NCBI GenBank assembly: GCA_047967505.1
Contig: CM106538.1
Source of the DNA: Dipteris shenzhenensis
Taxonomy: Eukaryota
Length of the DNA stretch: 64,000 nucleotides
Direction: 5' to 3' (one strand)
In this document: in pieces, positions 62,810 through 64,000 of the stretch
Layout: each line of letters opens with the position of its first letter
Position numbering within the stretch: the stretch's first letter is position 1
Made by a program: the position numbers and the translations under genes
Notes under the pieces: generated by a model
Databases searched by the model: none
The model's input: the letters and a program-made list of their open reading frames with translations, nothing else
What the model was told of the DNA's origin: nothing

Positions 62810-64000
62810 TGAAGTGGCCACCATCCTTGCTCCATGCCTTGGCCTATTTCCTGTCCTAATCTTGGGCTATTTCCTGCCCTATTCTTAGACCAGCCCAACA
62901 GGCCCCATCCTTGCTCCATGCCTTTGGGTATTTCCTGCCCTAATCTTGGGCACCTTTCTTGCTCATTTTCCATGTGCTGTCTGTCCTCTCCAAGCTCGGA
63001 CAGCATCTAGACCCTTCTCTATCAGATCTTCCCTCCAAGGTGGATCTCCTCTGCTAGTGGGCTGCCCATGTAGCATGCCTAATCCTATTCTATGGTCCAG
63101 CCCCCCGATGCACTCCTCCAATGGGGCCTCATAGGTGGGGAGGTGACCAATCCTATTCCAACACCCCCTCTCACCGAATTCACATTGGCTAGATCCAATT
63201 CCATCGATGAAGAGCTCCAGTAGCTCCCGTGTTGTAGCCCTCTAGAACACTCTGGTGTCCATTGTCTTTTCCTAGCCTTTCAACCAGTGGCTCTTGCTCT
63301 GCCAAGTCTGGTTCCGCTTTTGTACACTATTCTGGTATACAGGTCCATCCTTGGCAGCACCTAATGGCACCACCACCTCCAGTCACGAACCCGCCTCTGA
63401 ACTCAGCACTCCATGTACTAGCATCCTCCAACTGTCCCCCTCATGATGTATAAACAGCCTAAAGTCCTCTAGGCACCAGGCTCTCGGGTCTAATTTCAAC
63501 CCGGCCTCTGTCTGGCTAGGTTTACAACCAAACAACATACCCAAGACATCATATCCCAGGCATAAATTTAGATTACTTGGACCTTGAAGCTCCAACTGTG
63601 ATTCTGTGTTTTGTGCCCCTCTAAGTCATAGCCACCGTCTGACCCTGAGTCCTCAGATCCTTGTCGAAGAATCCCCCTTTGCGTCAGCAACATCAGTCAA
63701 GCACCCAGATGACTTCAGGCACTCATCATTGTCTATCACCTTCACAAAGTTTTCTGACTCCTCTTCTAACCAATCCTCAATGTCGGACATCTGGACAGTA
63801 ACACCAGGGTCCATGTACCTAATCTCAACAGCACTAGGAGTTGCCACCAAGAAAAGTTTCTCTGTCGCCACCAATTGAGCTGAATCCTCTGACTCTGAGC
63901 TGGCACCTTTCTTCTTATTCTTCTTTTTGCAATCCTTGACAAAATGTCATGGCTCATGGTAGTAGGACTTCTTTTCTTTCTTTCTCTTCTTCTTCTTGTC
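62810..64000 (-). mobile_element. Diverged member of the gag-only family (partial 3' LTR to 63163, PPT, gag C-terminal extension), runs off the window
   Basis: TTCCAACA-CCCCCTCTC junction as at 59168; peptide VATEKLFLVATPSAVEIRY...MSDIE.W is homologous to the other copies. Confidence 0.75.

Overview
Eukaryotic, land-plant nuclear DNA; a fern or other seed-free plant is inferred from the very long TE-filled introns and the TE types. The only intact host gene is SMC1 (cohesin subunit, + strand). It has 18 coding exons from 15947 to the stop at 46772, and its N-terminal Walker-A exon(s) lie upstream of the window. It includes a U12-type AT-AC intron and two GC-AG introns. The rest is nested transposable elements: two full-length but decayed chromodomain Ty3/gypsy elements with TSDs, a young intact Ty1/copia nested in one of them, an internally deleted gypsy, about six copies or solo LTRs of a gag-only LTR family, an RT-less L1 with TSD and poly(A), an RTE-like 3' fragment and a decayed protein-kinase N-lobe. 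The most unusual signal is three small non-coding insertions (9759-10357, 16766-17346, 20809-21147) from two otherwise unrelated repeat families with 560-bp and 268-bp units. All three end at the same point (hairpin-AGGTATA). Two are partial-tandem, TSD-flanked and share a ~125-nt RNA structure with fully compensatory helices. This is a candidate retrozyme-like element carrying an RNA motif I could not assign to a known ribozyme class.
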